A stretch of 64,000 bases of DNA from Lama glama (GCA_028534125.1 CM052817.1:28274001-28338000); one strand, 5' to 3'; numbered from the stretch's first letter, positions 12,871 to 25,615 are shown. The notes: generated by a model from the letters alone, not told the origin. Numbers and translations are program-made.

Positions 12871-15800
12871 TTCCTCAGCACCTGTCTCTTCAAATTACAT
12901 GCCCATCTTGAATATTCAGGGTCAAATTTCATGCACAACAATAATAATCTCATCCTTGGATTTCATGTCTCTCTTAAATATTTTTTTGGTTTTATAATCA
13001 TTAAAAAAAATTTCCCCACCATTTTGTTCAATAGCTCTTTAAATATTTTTGGAGGTAGTTTTGATATGAATACTAATAAAATAAGGGATTCATAAATACT
13101 GAAGGCATGAGAAATCGTATCAGTTTACATTTTGTGAAGTAAAAAAATCAGAATAATTACACCTTTTAGCACAGCACACTTTTATTAGATTGAAGTTTAG
13201 ACTCAAATTCAATTCTACTCTCCCCTTTCATTACCTTTTATTGTCTTTAGTGTTTAAAAAATCACAAAATATGTTTATTTACTTCTATATGGTCTTTACA
13301 ACAATTGTGTGGTTATATAGGTTTCTAAAGCTGTACTTCATGTAAAAGAAGGGCACTTTGACTGTATTGTCTTGGATTATTCTTCAGGAACTGAAACATT
13401 AATCTTCTCAAATGTAGAGAAGACTATATTATATCCCATTTTTCTCCCCAGCTCCTGCAATCTAAATAGCACCACACAAAACTATGTGAGTGTAATTGAT
13501 ATAGTCATCTCACCTATAAAATTATAGTTTGGAAAGAAATCTGAACCCTGGCTGGGTCATGGCCTGCTTCGGTGTTACTGTTCCAAAACTTCCAAAACCT
13601 CTAGATAAACCTCTGGTTCCCACGTCTGACATAGGGTTGAGGTAAGGGGGAAAAATGATTGGTCTCATCATGGTGACATCTCACCAGTGAGAAGGCGACG
13701 TACTTAAATAGGTCAGAAGTAAATAGACTACCATACTTACTCATGCATCTTGTTGAAATAAGGGCAAAAAGTGATTTGTTCAGTAGCTGCTTTAGACGAA
13801 GACAATTGCCAGGAAGAGTCTTTATGGAGAAAAGAGACATTTGCGTGACCATTTGTCAGGTTGAAGCTCCAGATATTTATGTTTTCCGTGATGCACACAG
13901 TCACTGACCACCAAGAGAAGGGTCGAGAAGGAAGAATTGCTTTTGTGGACAAGGAAAAGAGTGGGCAGGAGGAGGTCACCAACGGGTAAAGAAAAGAAGC
14001 AGTAATAATACTGGTCTTTGAGTAAGGAGAATATTTATCTGAGGATTGATTTACACGATGAATGTGCTGGGTTATTAAAGCCTTATCTCAATATTATTCA
14101 CAGTATCACTTGGCACTCTCATAAATCTTGACTCCCTGTCTAATGGTGTTTTTGTTACACTATGTTAACTTGTCTGTTAAGAAGAAGGCAAGTATTAGAT
14201 TTGGGTAGATGAATTGTTGCTCAAGGCATTTTTTTTGAGATAAGTGAAAAAGGACAAAAAATCCTTTCTCTGTGCTCTTAGTAATTTTGGAGAGGTCAAC
14301 TCAAAGAGGTAAGAAATGGAAGTCTTGGAGCCACTTTTTCTAAGATTTTTTTCCTTTTTTTCTTAAAGTAGTTAGGCCTAGACTTTTGAAAAAAATGGTG
14401 GCAATTATTGAGAAGAGAGGTTCAGTAATGGGAATACATGTTCTAGAGAGGTACTACCCCCTCTAGAATTCAAAAGCTGACCAGAAATATATGTAAATTT
14501 ACAAAAAAACGTTACTCATAGAGCATGAATCCATGCCTGCTGTTCTTCATAATCTATTTTTGGGTATCAGTATCAATTAAATAAATCAGTATTCATATCA
14601 ATTAAATGCATATTATTGTCATGAAAGATTGAGATCAATGGTTCACAGTAAGTATTGCCATTCAGTAAAATTTTGAAATAATAGTGCAAGGATGACCGGA
14701 GTAACTGCTACCAACTTTGATTTTGCCTGTAAAACATTACAAACAGCACAAAAACAACATAAAAAGAACTATTACCTGTTGACATCACCGTTTCCAAAAG
14801 AAAGAATATTTTAGAGCCAAACAATTTAAAGAGCAGAAAGGAACTGATACAAGGTATTTTGTAGAGATCGATGCCTTTGAAAATGGATGAAGCAGGGTCG
14901 GGTAGAGGGAGGAGATGAACTGTGACGCGGGTCTAGAGGTTTGAAGCCTCAGCTAACTCATTAGGGACATGTCCCTTTCTGTTTCCAAATGGCTCAAGTT
15001 GTGGACCCTCCCCCCCACTTTTGGGAAGTGACTGGATGTGGGCTGCCCCAGGATGGCCTGGCTGGTGGTGAGGTGGGTCTCTGTAGCTAAGGCAGATCCT
15101 GAGGGAGAGAGCTGGAGGCACTCCGCTGACCACATTCCCTGCAGCTAGATACCCAGTTTTTCATTAAAAGGGAAAATGAGCAGCACTTGTCCGTGTCTAC
15201 CACAGGTGACTCGTGATCAGTATTCAAATGGGTGGAGTCAAACTCTCAGATGAGTTACTGGATTGTTTTAATCAATTTTCTAGTCTACCTAACTCATTCA
15301 TGTCCATTCCTTTCACTTCAAGGTTGTTTATTTCACAAACATTTCATCTCTTCCTGTATTTCTGAATAATGATTTTGATTATATATTTTACCTTCAGAAA
15401 CATAAACATAAAAGACACACATATATCTAATAGTTAACTGGCCCTATAGAAATTCATCAATAAATAGTTGAATGAATAAATGAATAAAAAGTTTGCTTTC
15501 ATATTTGTTTCATTATGTTATAAAGTGAAAAAGAAAATGAAGTGCTGTTAGAAACTTTCCTGACTTGCAAAGTGATGCAGGGCTCACTATATTTGTTCAA
15601 GTTTTTGAGAATTTATCTTGTGGTTGGCTTAAAAAAAACCAAAATGGAGTCATTTTGACAGAAAGTATATGTCCTCAGTCTGCAAATACTGTCTTGGAAA
15701 TGAATTATTGGGAGATAATTCTTTTTTATATTCAATTTAGTATATAAACTATAAAAATATTTGAAATGTAAGCCTACATGCCTATTTGTTTTTTTGTTTG

Positions 15801-16788
15801 TTTGTTTTTGGATAGTGGTCATTTTTAGAATAATTTGATTGATTAAGTAAATCAAATAACTAGGATGATCCTATTAAGAAGAGAAAATATTAATAGATCA
15901 TAAAATTTTCTAGCAATGACATAGTAGTAAACTCTCTACTTTGTAGCTTTTTGATGCCAAACACAGTGGAAAGTGAGTATATATTTAATCACTTATTTTT
16001 GATCTGCTGACATTTTGTATGGTAAATTTACATGATAAATTCTAGTATGCAAAAATACATGACCCATTAAATATTTGACCACTTTGAAAAAAAGTTTTGA
16101 ATACAATTTACGACATTATGATTCAAGACACTCCCATTTTATGATGCTTAAAATAAAGACTGAAAATCTGAAGTATCTTTCAAAACATTATGAAGTTATA
16201 GATAAGGGTCTGCCAATCTCCTAAAATTAATCATAAATATTTAGACTTTTAATTTCATCTACATAAGATAAAGTTAAGTCTATTTTATCCCAAACAGCAA
16301 TTTATTGAAGAAATCCTTTTGCCAAAGTCAAGAAGTAGCATGGCTTTGCAGGATGCTTTTTAATCTCTTAGTAAAACAGAGACAAAACCAAACACTAACT
16401 ATAGTGAACCACTGCTCTAGAAGAACTAACTGCACCTAAGAGATATTTCAGGTTGAAACATTCAAAAATACGTTGCAAACAACAAAAGAAAACCTTCTTA
16501 TATCAATAATATCACTCCTCTTGGGTGATTTTGCTGATTCAACTCCCATGGCTGGGGAAGGATTGATTCTCCCCTTTTTAGATGACAGAGTGAATGTTGT
16601 GTAATGGAAGGCTGTTAAAAATCGCGGATGTCAGGATCTATTGTCTTGTTTTATGGTGGCATTCCAGGCTTTGAAACCAAACTCTCAGAATGGACAGCAA
16701 CTGCAGATTACATGGTCTTTTTTTTTTTTTTTTTTAGTGGATGAGATACTCATGTTCAAGAACAGAGTGGTCTGGGAAAATATAAAGA

Positions 16789-17288
16789 NNNNNNNNNNNN
16801 NNNNNNNNNNNNNNNNNNNNNNNNNNNNNNNNNNNNNNNNNNNNNNNNNNNNNNNNNNNNNNNNNNNNNNNNNNNNNNNNNNNNNNNNNNNNNNNNNNNN
16901 NNNNNNNNNNNNNNNNNNNNNNNNNNNNNNNNNNNNNNNNNNNNNNNNNNNNNNNNNNNNNNNNNNNNNNNNNNNNNNNNNNNNNNNNNNNNNNNNNNNN
17001 NNNNNNNNNNNNNNNNNNNNNNNNNNNNNNNNNNNNNNNNNNNNNNNNNNNNNNNNNNNNNNNNNNNNNNNNNNNNNNNNNNNNNNNNNNNNNNNNNNNN
17101 NNNNNNNNNNNNNNNNNNNNNNNNNNNNNNNNNNNNNNNNNNNNNNNNNNNNNNNNNNNNNNNNNNNNNNNNNNNNNNNNNNNNNNNNNNNNNNNNNNNN
17201 NNNNNNNNNNNNNNNNNNNNNNNNNNNNNNNNNNNNNNNNNNNNNNNNNNNNNNNNNNNNNNNNNNNNNNNNNNNNNNNNNNNNNNNN
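16789..17288. other. Assembly gap (500 N)
   Basis: Run of exactly 500 N. Confidence 0.99.
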
Positions 17289-17599
17289 TGGATCTATTTT
17301 GGTCACATGATTGGGTTACTTGGTAAGACAAACTTTTGATGGCCCTAACTTCTCACTTGATCCTGAGATTTTAGGAGGAAGGTGGAATATTAATAGCTCT
17401 AAATCTGGGGATGGATGGACTTATTTTAGAACATTCATTCAGACAGTGGTCTACAGGATTAGCAAAGTCAAAATGGATCTAGAGAAAGCAGTTAGAAACT
17501 TCTGCAGTATTTGGGTAAGAAAGCTGAAAAAGAAAAGGTTGTTGGTTATGGATTTAGAGAAGAGGGGTGTAATTTAAGAAACATTAAGGAGAGATATCT

Positions 17600-17972
17600 A
17601 CAGAATAATAAATCTGTTCAAAGTCACAAAATGCAAGGAAAAACTGAGGGCAGTCTTCAAGTGGAGGAGACTAAACACGTGACAAATGTAACAGATGATC
17701 CTAAATAAGTAGCTTTTTTTCTATAAAGGATATGATTGGGGCAACTGGTGATACTTGAAAGGATCTGAGGACTAGATAGTAGTAATGTATCAGTGTTAAT
17801 TTCCTGGTTTACATGGTTGTGTAGAAGAATATCCTTTTTTAAGGAAGTACCCACAGATATTAGGAGGGGTTGGGGCATTAGGTTAGCAACATGATCTCAA
17901 ATGATTCAAGAAAAAAATCGTACTGTGCTTATCAGTCTCTGTAAGTTTAAGATTGTTTAAAAACTATTAAAA
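17600..17972 (+). mobile_element. Old L1M (L1MC4/L1ME3-like) 3' UTR
   Basis: aaggaaaaactgagg...ataaaggatatgattggggcaactgg...gtatcagtgttaatttcctg...ctctgtaagtttaagattgtttaaaa. Confidence 0.75.
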
Positions 17973-18224
17973 TATTTGTTTTGCAATGACAATGTGAATA
18001 TATGTATGTATAACAAATATGCATAATAAATATATTGGTGTGGTACTACATCATTGTAAAATCAATGTTCTTTCTTAAGAAGCCCAGGGAGCAGAAATGT
18101 ACTTGGTACAAACAAGCCATAATTATGCTTTTAGAAAGGCTGTGATATTCAACCAATTGAAATTTAATCTGAGACTGTTAAAATTTCCATACATTTTTAT
18201 GTGGGCAGAACATAAAATCCTGAA

Positions 18225-18400
18225 CAGCCCTGTGGGATCAGGCAGAGTCTTGGCTCCATCTGGAATCACACCCTTTCTTGGCTTCTCCCTCTTCCCCTTC
18301 CTGCTCCTCCTCCTCCGTGCCTGGTTTCTATGGAGCAAACTTCCTTATAAAGCACTTCCACAGAAATCCTGAGCTCAGGCACTGAACGCAACCTAAGACG
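18225..18400 (+). mobile_element. ERVL LTR (LTR16/LTR33-type) 3' end
   Basis: cccttcctgctcc...acttccttataaagcactt...aaatcctgagctcagg...aacctaagac. Confidence 0.55.
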
Positions 18401-19221
18401 GAAGGTAATTAGAATTAAGGATCAATTTACAAACTCGGGCACGGCAGGGCCTTGGGATTGAATTCTCACAGCGATCCTTGAGTCCCCTGGGGGGCTTTAT
18501 CCCTTGCCTTACAAGAAAACTCTAAAGATCAGCAGCTGGTGTTGGGCTGCTGCCTTATTAAGTGGGGGAGAGGGTCGCCGTTCTTCTCCTCAACATAGGA
18601 CTTAGTGGCACGGCAGGAACAAGCCGACAAACTGGGAAATGTTCATGGGAAAACAGCTCTTTCCCTGCAGGGTGTTTCCTCCTCTGTGGGAATTAGGATA
18701 ACTTACGTTACGAGGAAACCATCATTCAGTCCTCCCCACGTGAGGAGAGACTTAACCTCAATTTTGAGTTTTTGAAGGAAATGCTAGGGATTCCACCCTC
18801 TTCTTTTCTTCTTGGGAACACGCTGTTTGCAGGCAGCATTCCTTCATCTCTGACTGTCATTTATACATTAGGAAGGGGCCCCAGCAAAAACTGCCACTAC
18901 CTTCTTCTCAAGCCCTCATTTTTTTGTTTTGTTTTGGTCCAGCACTGTTAAGACCACTATTGCTCACAGTCATTCATTCTGATGCCCATATTGTTGATCT
19001 CTTCTTCTCCCCGCTTTTAAATGATCTCCTTCTCCAGCCTGCCTGGCCTTAGTATGGCTGACACATCACTCACCTCTTCTCTAATTCCCATCTCTTAGTG
19101 AACGTCTTCTCTCTCCTGGTCTTTCAGTGCAATTACCTCTCTTGTTTTCATTTATTCACTCAACAAACATTGAGTACCTTCTCAACAGACCTCTTCTGAC
19201 AGTATTTTACAGAAGCTACAT

Positions 19222-19598
19222 GTAGTCGATCCTGTATATCCACAGGTTCTACATTCATGGATTCAACCAACTGAGGATCAAAAACATTCCCTCCAAATTC
19301 AGAAAGTTCCCTAAAGCAAACCTTGAATTTTCTGGGGCACTAGCAACTATTTGCATAGCATTTCCATTCCATTCCATTGTATTAATACAATGAAATTACA
19401 TTACACTGTGTTAGGTATTAAAAGTAATCTGGAGATGATTTGAAGTGTACAAGACTATGGGTGTGGGTAGATTATATGCAAATACTATGCCATTTTATGT
19501 AAGGGACTTAAGCATCCATGGATTTTGCTATCCAAGCGGGTGAGGGGTTGAGGGGATAGTGCCTGGAACCAATCCACCTAGGATACCAAGGGACTGCA
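19222..19598. mobile_element. MER2/MER2B (TcMar-Tigger)
   Basis: atccacaggttctacattcatggattcaaccaac...ttaggtatta...gtaatctggagatgatt...ttatatgcaaatactatgccattttat...ataccaagggac. Confidence 0.88.
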
Positions 19599-20834
19599 TT
19601 CCATCCCATAAACTTAAGGAGGAATAAATTGATTACTTGAATAAAAACTTCTTTATTTTATCCCCCCACTGACTATATACTTTTTTAGAAAAGCCTCAAA
19701 CTTGTAGCTGTGAACAAATGATAAAACTGGAAAGTAGCATATAATGTTCAAATTGCCACAGTCCCAGCCACAAAGCCCGAGCTTTTTATAGTAGTTTGAA
19801 ATCAGTTAACTCCTTTACTGTAATTCTGTAGGTAAGTATATTTGTACATTTACACTGATGTGGATTAGGGTGAAATATGAACGTAAACTGTCCACGCAAA
19901 AGAATAGCCATATCAAATGAGAGTAGACGCTAGCCTTAGAGTGGAAACAACTTAACTACTTGTCCAGTACTAATACGAGATACAAAGGTCCAGGGTGTAA
20001 CTATGACATGAGTTTGATTCTGATCTTTAAATCTTTTCGGATAATAAGTTCTTGACGATCAGTAGTGGTATCTCCGCAGTTCCTTCTAGAGCGATTCCAG
20101 TATCACAAATGAGGACACGGCAGTGTTCAGCAGTGCGGTTAGTGTAAAAACAACGGCTGCAGCCTACAAACCCTTTCATCAGTGGAGGGAGTTCTCTGCT
20201 GAAGGAAGAGGAAACATCGATTGGGCTAAAGATCTTAGACAGTTGAGGGCTGAAGCCTAATCTGTTTAAGAGGAGGGACTCAGCTTCTTTCCTTTTGACA
20301 GTTTTAATCACATTAAACTCTTCCAACTTACATTTAAATGTTGTAAGTTTGTTGCTAGACTTAAATGAGATATTATCTATAAAATCAGTATTATTTTATG
20401 CATTTGAGACATTACATATAAAAATGAGGTATTTAAATATATTACATCTAAAACTCTTAAACAGTGACTGGTATGTAATGAATCCTCAATAGATGTGCAA
20501 TATCATTATTATTTTATATATGTCTCTGTGCCATAAAATGTAATATGAAGACTAGAATAACGGTGGGCTCAGTAAAGCACTGCATGACACTCAAATGATA
20601 TATGAAACATATATATATATTTTTCCTACGTGTTCATATAAGAAAACAATTTGAAATAATCAGTACTTTTTTTGCAGGTGGGAAGAAATACTTTGAGAGA
20701 GGTATGATTCTAAAGATCAGAGCCGAGTATAAATCTTAAAATAAAACTGAAACATGGAATGATTTGGATTATATAGGGCACAAAATCAGTGTAAAAAGCT
20801 GTAATTAAGTTTTGTAACAGATTTAAAACATGCT

Positions 20835-20917
20835 CAGGGCACCATGAGGAATTTTGTAATGGTCCCTTTTGTTATGAAAAGGGCACAAAATGTAAAATCA
20901 GGTGTCATGGTGCTCTG
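20835..20917. mobile_element. Short palindromic hAT-like MITE
   Basis: 13-bp TIR cagggcaccatga / tcatggtgctctg (1 mismatch) plus an internal ccctttt-N6-aaaaggg hairpin. Confidence 0.55.
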
Positions 20918-22072
20918 GTTGCTGGGAGGATGGTGTCCAATTATCCTCACCCATTACTAGGAGGCTGAGTGGGGTAAAACGTTATGCATTGTGTGGGGGC
21001 TGCTTGCAAGGTCCAAAGTGACAGTCCTGTCAGAGAGTCAAAGCCTACTTCCCCTTCCAGCGGACACTGAAATACTGAAAGGAATCAAGAAGAGTTTAAT
21101 TTTTCAAGAAGACTTGATGAAAGTGATGATCTATTGGAAAGAAATAACGGATGCAATAGAGGTCAGCATCATTCTGTGTGTTACAGTGTCTTTTAAACCA
21201 TGCTCTCTGCAGCTGCCTCTTTTTCTTGAAATCTGCTTTCTCATAGCTTCCCTTGAATCCTTTCTCCCGCTTAGACAGATTCAAACCTTTCCCAAGTTTT
21301 TAAGGCAATCTGCAAAGGAGCAATGTGGAAATCATTGTAAAAAATCATCTTTTCTAAAGAACGGATGAGGACTTGACATTAAATCCTATGCTCAGCTCTA
21401 GAAGCCTATGGCCTGATGCTTGTTCTGGGGTACTAGGTTTGTAACCTGAATCTCCTCTTCTGTGTGTCTGATCTCAGGGTTTCATAAATTCAGTTTCTGA
21501 TCTCAACTACCCATTTCTTCAATGAGTAGAATCTGACTTTTTCCTAGAAGCTAGTTTAAAGCTACTTGCTTTTCCTGATACAAATGTACCATTTTTACTA
21601 AGTGTTATGATGCACCCACTGGTTTTTTTACTGAGACCCACGTACAGCTGGCTTGCAGTTAGTTGCTGGCCACCCTTTGAGACATGAGGTCCTGCCTTTA
21701 TGGTTCAGTCTTTTGGTGTCTGCTGCATTACAAGTATTATCTACAATGATTGTCGCAATTCTATCATCTGAATTCCCTGCTTCCCTACCCCATCTGCTGA
21801 CTACCTCTGTCAATTTCTAAATCAATAGATTATTGGTGTCCCATGAGCACTGTTTTTTTACTCTATTGGAATCAAGACAATTGCCCTTGGTAGTTCTTTG
21901 TCTTCACTCCACATTCCCAGTTCGGTCCACTTACATACCTAACACACCGTATACCTTAGCTACTCAATTTAAGACATGTGCAATTTCTGTTTTCACATTT
22001 AATGTACTTCTTAGTGCTGTTGAGCAAAAAGCCATAGTGATAAACCAATAGCTTTATTTTTGTTTGTTTTCT

Positions 22073-22970
22073 TTTTTCCTTTTTCTTTTTTTTTATGAAA
22101 TACAGTCCATTTACAATATTGTATTAGTCTCTGGTATACAGCTTAGTGATTCAGTTATACATACACATGCATACACATATATACATATATATATTCTTTA
22201 TTCTTTTTCATTATAGATTACTACAAGATATTGAATATAGTTTCCTGTGCTATACAGTATGAACTTGTTGTTTATCTATTTTATATATAGTAGTATCTAA
22301 AAATCTCAAACTCCTGATTTATCCCTTCTTACCCTCTTTCCCTCTGGTAACCATAAATTTGTTTTCTATGCTTGTGAGTCTGTTTCTGTTTTGTAAATAA
22401 GTTTATTTGTGTCTTTTTTTTTTTAGATTCCACATATAAGTGATATCGTATGGTATTTTCCCTTCTCTTTCTGGCTTACTTCACTTAGAATGACAATCTC
22501 CAGGTCCATCCATGTTGCTGCAAGTGGCATTATTTTATTATTATTTATGGCTGAGTAGTACTCCATTGTAGAAATATACCACAATGTTTTATCCAATCAT
22601 CTGTCAATGAACATTTAAGTTGTTTCTGTGTCTTGGCTATTGTAAATAGTGCTGCTATGAACATTGGGGTGCACTTATATTTTCAAATTAAAGTTCCCCC
22701 AGGATGTATGCCCAGGAATGGGATTGCTGGATCATATGGTAAGTCTATTTTTAGTCTTTTGAGGAACCTCCATACTGTCCTCCATAATGGACCAAACAAC
22801 ATTCCCACTAACAGTGTGGGAGTTGCCTTTTCTCCACACCCTCTCCAGCATTTATCATTTGTGGGCTTTTTAATGATGGCCATTCTGACTGGTGTGAGGT
22901 GATAGCTCATAGTAGTGTTGACTTGCATTTCTCTGATAATTAGCAATATTGAACTTATTTTCATGTGCCT
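22073..22970 (-). mobile_element. Lineage-specific L1, 5'-truncated (~0.9 kb), with TSD
   Basis: Poly-T tail, antisense 3' UTR and ORF2 end. 17-bp TSD atttttgtttgttttct (22056-22072) / atttttatttgttttct (22971-22987), followed by AA (EN site TTCT/AA). Confidence 0.93.
22683..22964 (-). pseudogene. L1 ORF2p C-terminal cysteine-rich domain remnant
   Basis: [33 protein letters not shown]...[28 protein letters not shown]. Confidence 0.9.
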
Positions 22971-23649
22971 ATTTTTATTTGTTTTCTAATTAAAATATGC
23001 TTGTATATTTCAGCCAAATGAAAGACTGCATTTGTTAACTTGTTTAACTAGCAAAATATATTCCATATGAAATAATTGAGTCCTTATACAAAATCCTTGT
23101 TAAGAATGGGATTAGTCAATGATGCTAATCAGGGCAAAAGAAAACAAGTGTGGGTAATTGAAACCCAGAGATAATCCACACACTCTGCCTTTGGTAAATA
23201 GTTTTTTTTTTTTTTAACTGAGCACCAACCAATCAGAGTGACTAATGCATAATCAAGTGAGCTGATGGGACTTTTTCCTCTTATCTTCTCCATTATTTGA
23301 TAAAAAAAAATAATAAACACAAAATTCACCAGCAGAAGATGGGACGGCGGGGGTGGGGGTTGGGGGAAGAAAAGAAATCATCCTAGATAAGTAAGAACTG
23401 AACGTTTCTCGTTTCCACCAGTATTGCCCTGAGGAGTTTGATGAAGGAGACAGGAACCTCGTTAACCAGACTCACGAGAAGTGGTGCAGGAACCTGCCCT
23501 ATGGATTGACACAGGGATAAGTCTTTACCTGTTGCAACAGGAAAGCCAGACATCATCCTCTGATCCAATGGGCCCCACAGGTGAGTCCAGCCTGTGACCT
23601 GAGACTGTTGTTTGGACTGAAGATGTGCAGGACAGATCCCTGGACAGGT

Positions 23650-24158
23650 ATGACAGACTGTGTTTTTCAAAAAGGTCAAAGTGGTATTCCAGTCACACAT
23701 GCTCTTCCAGAAACTTGCCACGTGCCATCAAGAGGTAGAGTCCATCTTCTCTCCCTTTGAACCTGGGCAGGCTTGTGCCTGCTCTGACCAGCGCAGTCCA
23801 GCAGAAGTGATGCTTTGTGTCTCATGCTACAGCTTCAGTCTGGCTGGCTCTTTCTGTGCCACCCACCCTTGGGACCCAGACCAAATATCGTGAGGAAAAC
23901 CAAGCAGCATGCCGGCACCCTATTAAGGGATTTTCAGGCAAAAGTCCCAGCTAACGTGTTTGACTCAGCCTTTGTAATACAATTCCAAGCCCCCAGCTCT
24001 GAGACTGCAGCGGGCCTCAGACATCCTGGGGCAGAGCTAATCCCTTCCTGCTGGGTCCTGTCTGATTCCTGATTCACGGAATCCATGAGCATAATAAATG
24101 GCATTTATATGCCCTGAATTTTGGGATAATTTGTTTTTCAGCCATAGTAACTGGAACA
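23650..24158 (+). mobile_element. MaLR solo LTR (MLT1G/H-like)
   Basis: atcaagaggtagagtccatcttctctccctttgaacctgggcagg...ttcctgattcacggaatccatgagcataataaatgg...gccatagtaactggaaca. Confidence 0.8.
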
Positions 24159-24321
24159 ACAAGTCTTCGTTGGCTGCTTCCTAAAGAAGCCTAATTGGTC
24201 TCACATACACCCCTGTGTCATATGTAATGTGCACGTGGAAATGAAACAAACCAAAACCAGGGCGTGATTTCTCTTCTCTCCACTAGCTGGAAAGCCAGAC
24301 ATACTTGCAAATTTTAGTTAA

Positions 24322-24656
24322 CAAATAGCATACGTGGAATCTAAAAAATGATACAAATGAACTGATTTACAAAACAGAAACATACTTACAGAGGTAGAAA
24401 ACAACCTTGTGGTTCCCAGAGGTGGCAGGGGAGGGATAAATTAGGAGTTCCCAATTAACAGATACAAACTACTTACACAGAATAGATACACAACAGAGTC
24501 CTATGGTATAGTACAGGGAACTATACGCAATATCCTGTGATAAACCATAATGGAAAGAATGTGAAAAAGAATATATAGGTATATAACTGAATCACTGTGC
24601 TGCACACCAGAAACTAACACAACATTGTGAATCAACTATACTTCAATAAAAAAAAA
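24322..24656 (+). mobile_element. Cetartiodactyl-type L1 3' end with TSD
   Basis: gtggaatctaaaaaatgatacaaatgaac...tcaactatacttcaataaaaaaaa; TSD aaattttagttaa (24309-24321) / aaatttagttaa (24654-24665). Confidence 0.9.
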
Positions 24657-24789
24657 TTTAGTTAAGGCTTCTGTGGTTTGTGTCACAATTTGAAAGTTCT
24701 CATCCATTCTGAAATTGATAAATTCAGTTTTATAAAACTTTCCAATTTCTACAAGGCAAATTCAAAAGAAAAATGATTAACTGAGGGTA

Positions 24790-25615
24790 AAAACATATAC
24801 AACTCACTTCATATAAGGGTAACTTCCTTGATTTATGTTGCTCCTCCAAATCAATAAGAAACAACCAGATGGAAAATTGGGAACAAATATATACAGAAAA
24901 TTCAGAAAAAGGGAAATTAAAAATTTTTTTTAAAACATGAGAAGAGACTTAACTCATTCATAATCAAAGAAATACAAATTAAACTGAGATATGGAATTTT
25001 TTTCCCACATAAGATTGGAAAAGATCAAAAGTTCAGTAACATGTTGGTAAGGGTGTGAGAACATAGGCATTCTTATATTTTCCAGGGCAGTTCAGGTAAG
25101 AACAATTGCACACACATACACACACTCACACACGATGTATATATAAGGTTGTTCACTGTAGTATTGCTTGTAATGGCAAAAGATTGAGAACTACCAAATA
25201 CTCTTCAATTGAAGCTTGGATCTATAAATTTATTGTTATGATAGAATAGTACATAACCAAATTTAAAAGCAAATGAGAAAGTTCTTTATGCACTGATCAA
25301 GTGATATACAAAATATCAGAATTATGTGAAAAAGCAAGCTGCAAAACTTTGTTTTGCTTTTTACAATGCTGGGGTAAAATTCATTTAAATTATATATATG
25401 TAGATATGCCTATATATGTGCACATATATACTTGCTTATATATTCATAGAATATTCCTGGAAGGATAGACAATAACCATTAGCTTGGTTGCCACTGGAGA
25501 GGGAAGCTGAACAACTGGGAAGAAAGGTAAAAGGCAGAATTTCTACTCTTTCATATTTCTGTAACTTACTTATAAGTGTATTATCTATTTTTAAATAAAT
25601 GCAATAAAGTATTTT
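24790..25615 (+). mobile_element. L1ME3/4-type 3' region
   Basis: aaatcaataagaa...aaacatgagaagagacttaactcattcataatcaaagaaatacaaattaaa...ggttgttcactgtagtattgcttgtaatggcaaaagattg. Confidence 0.75.

Noticed and set aside
22633..22902. [16 protein letters not shown]... (and 30501-30776 on the minus strand)
   Set aside because: Antisense reading of the L1 ORF2 end, a common spurious ORF.
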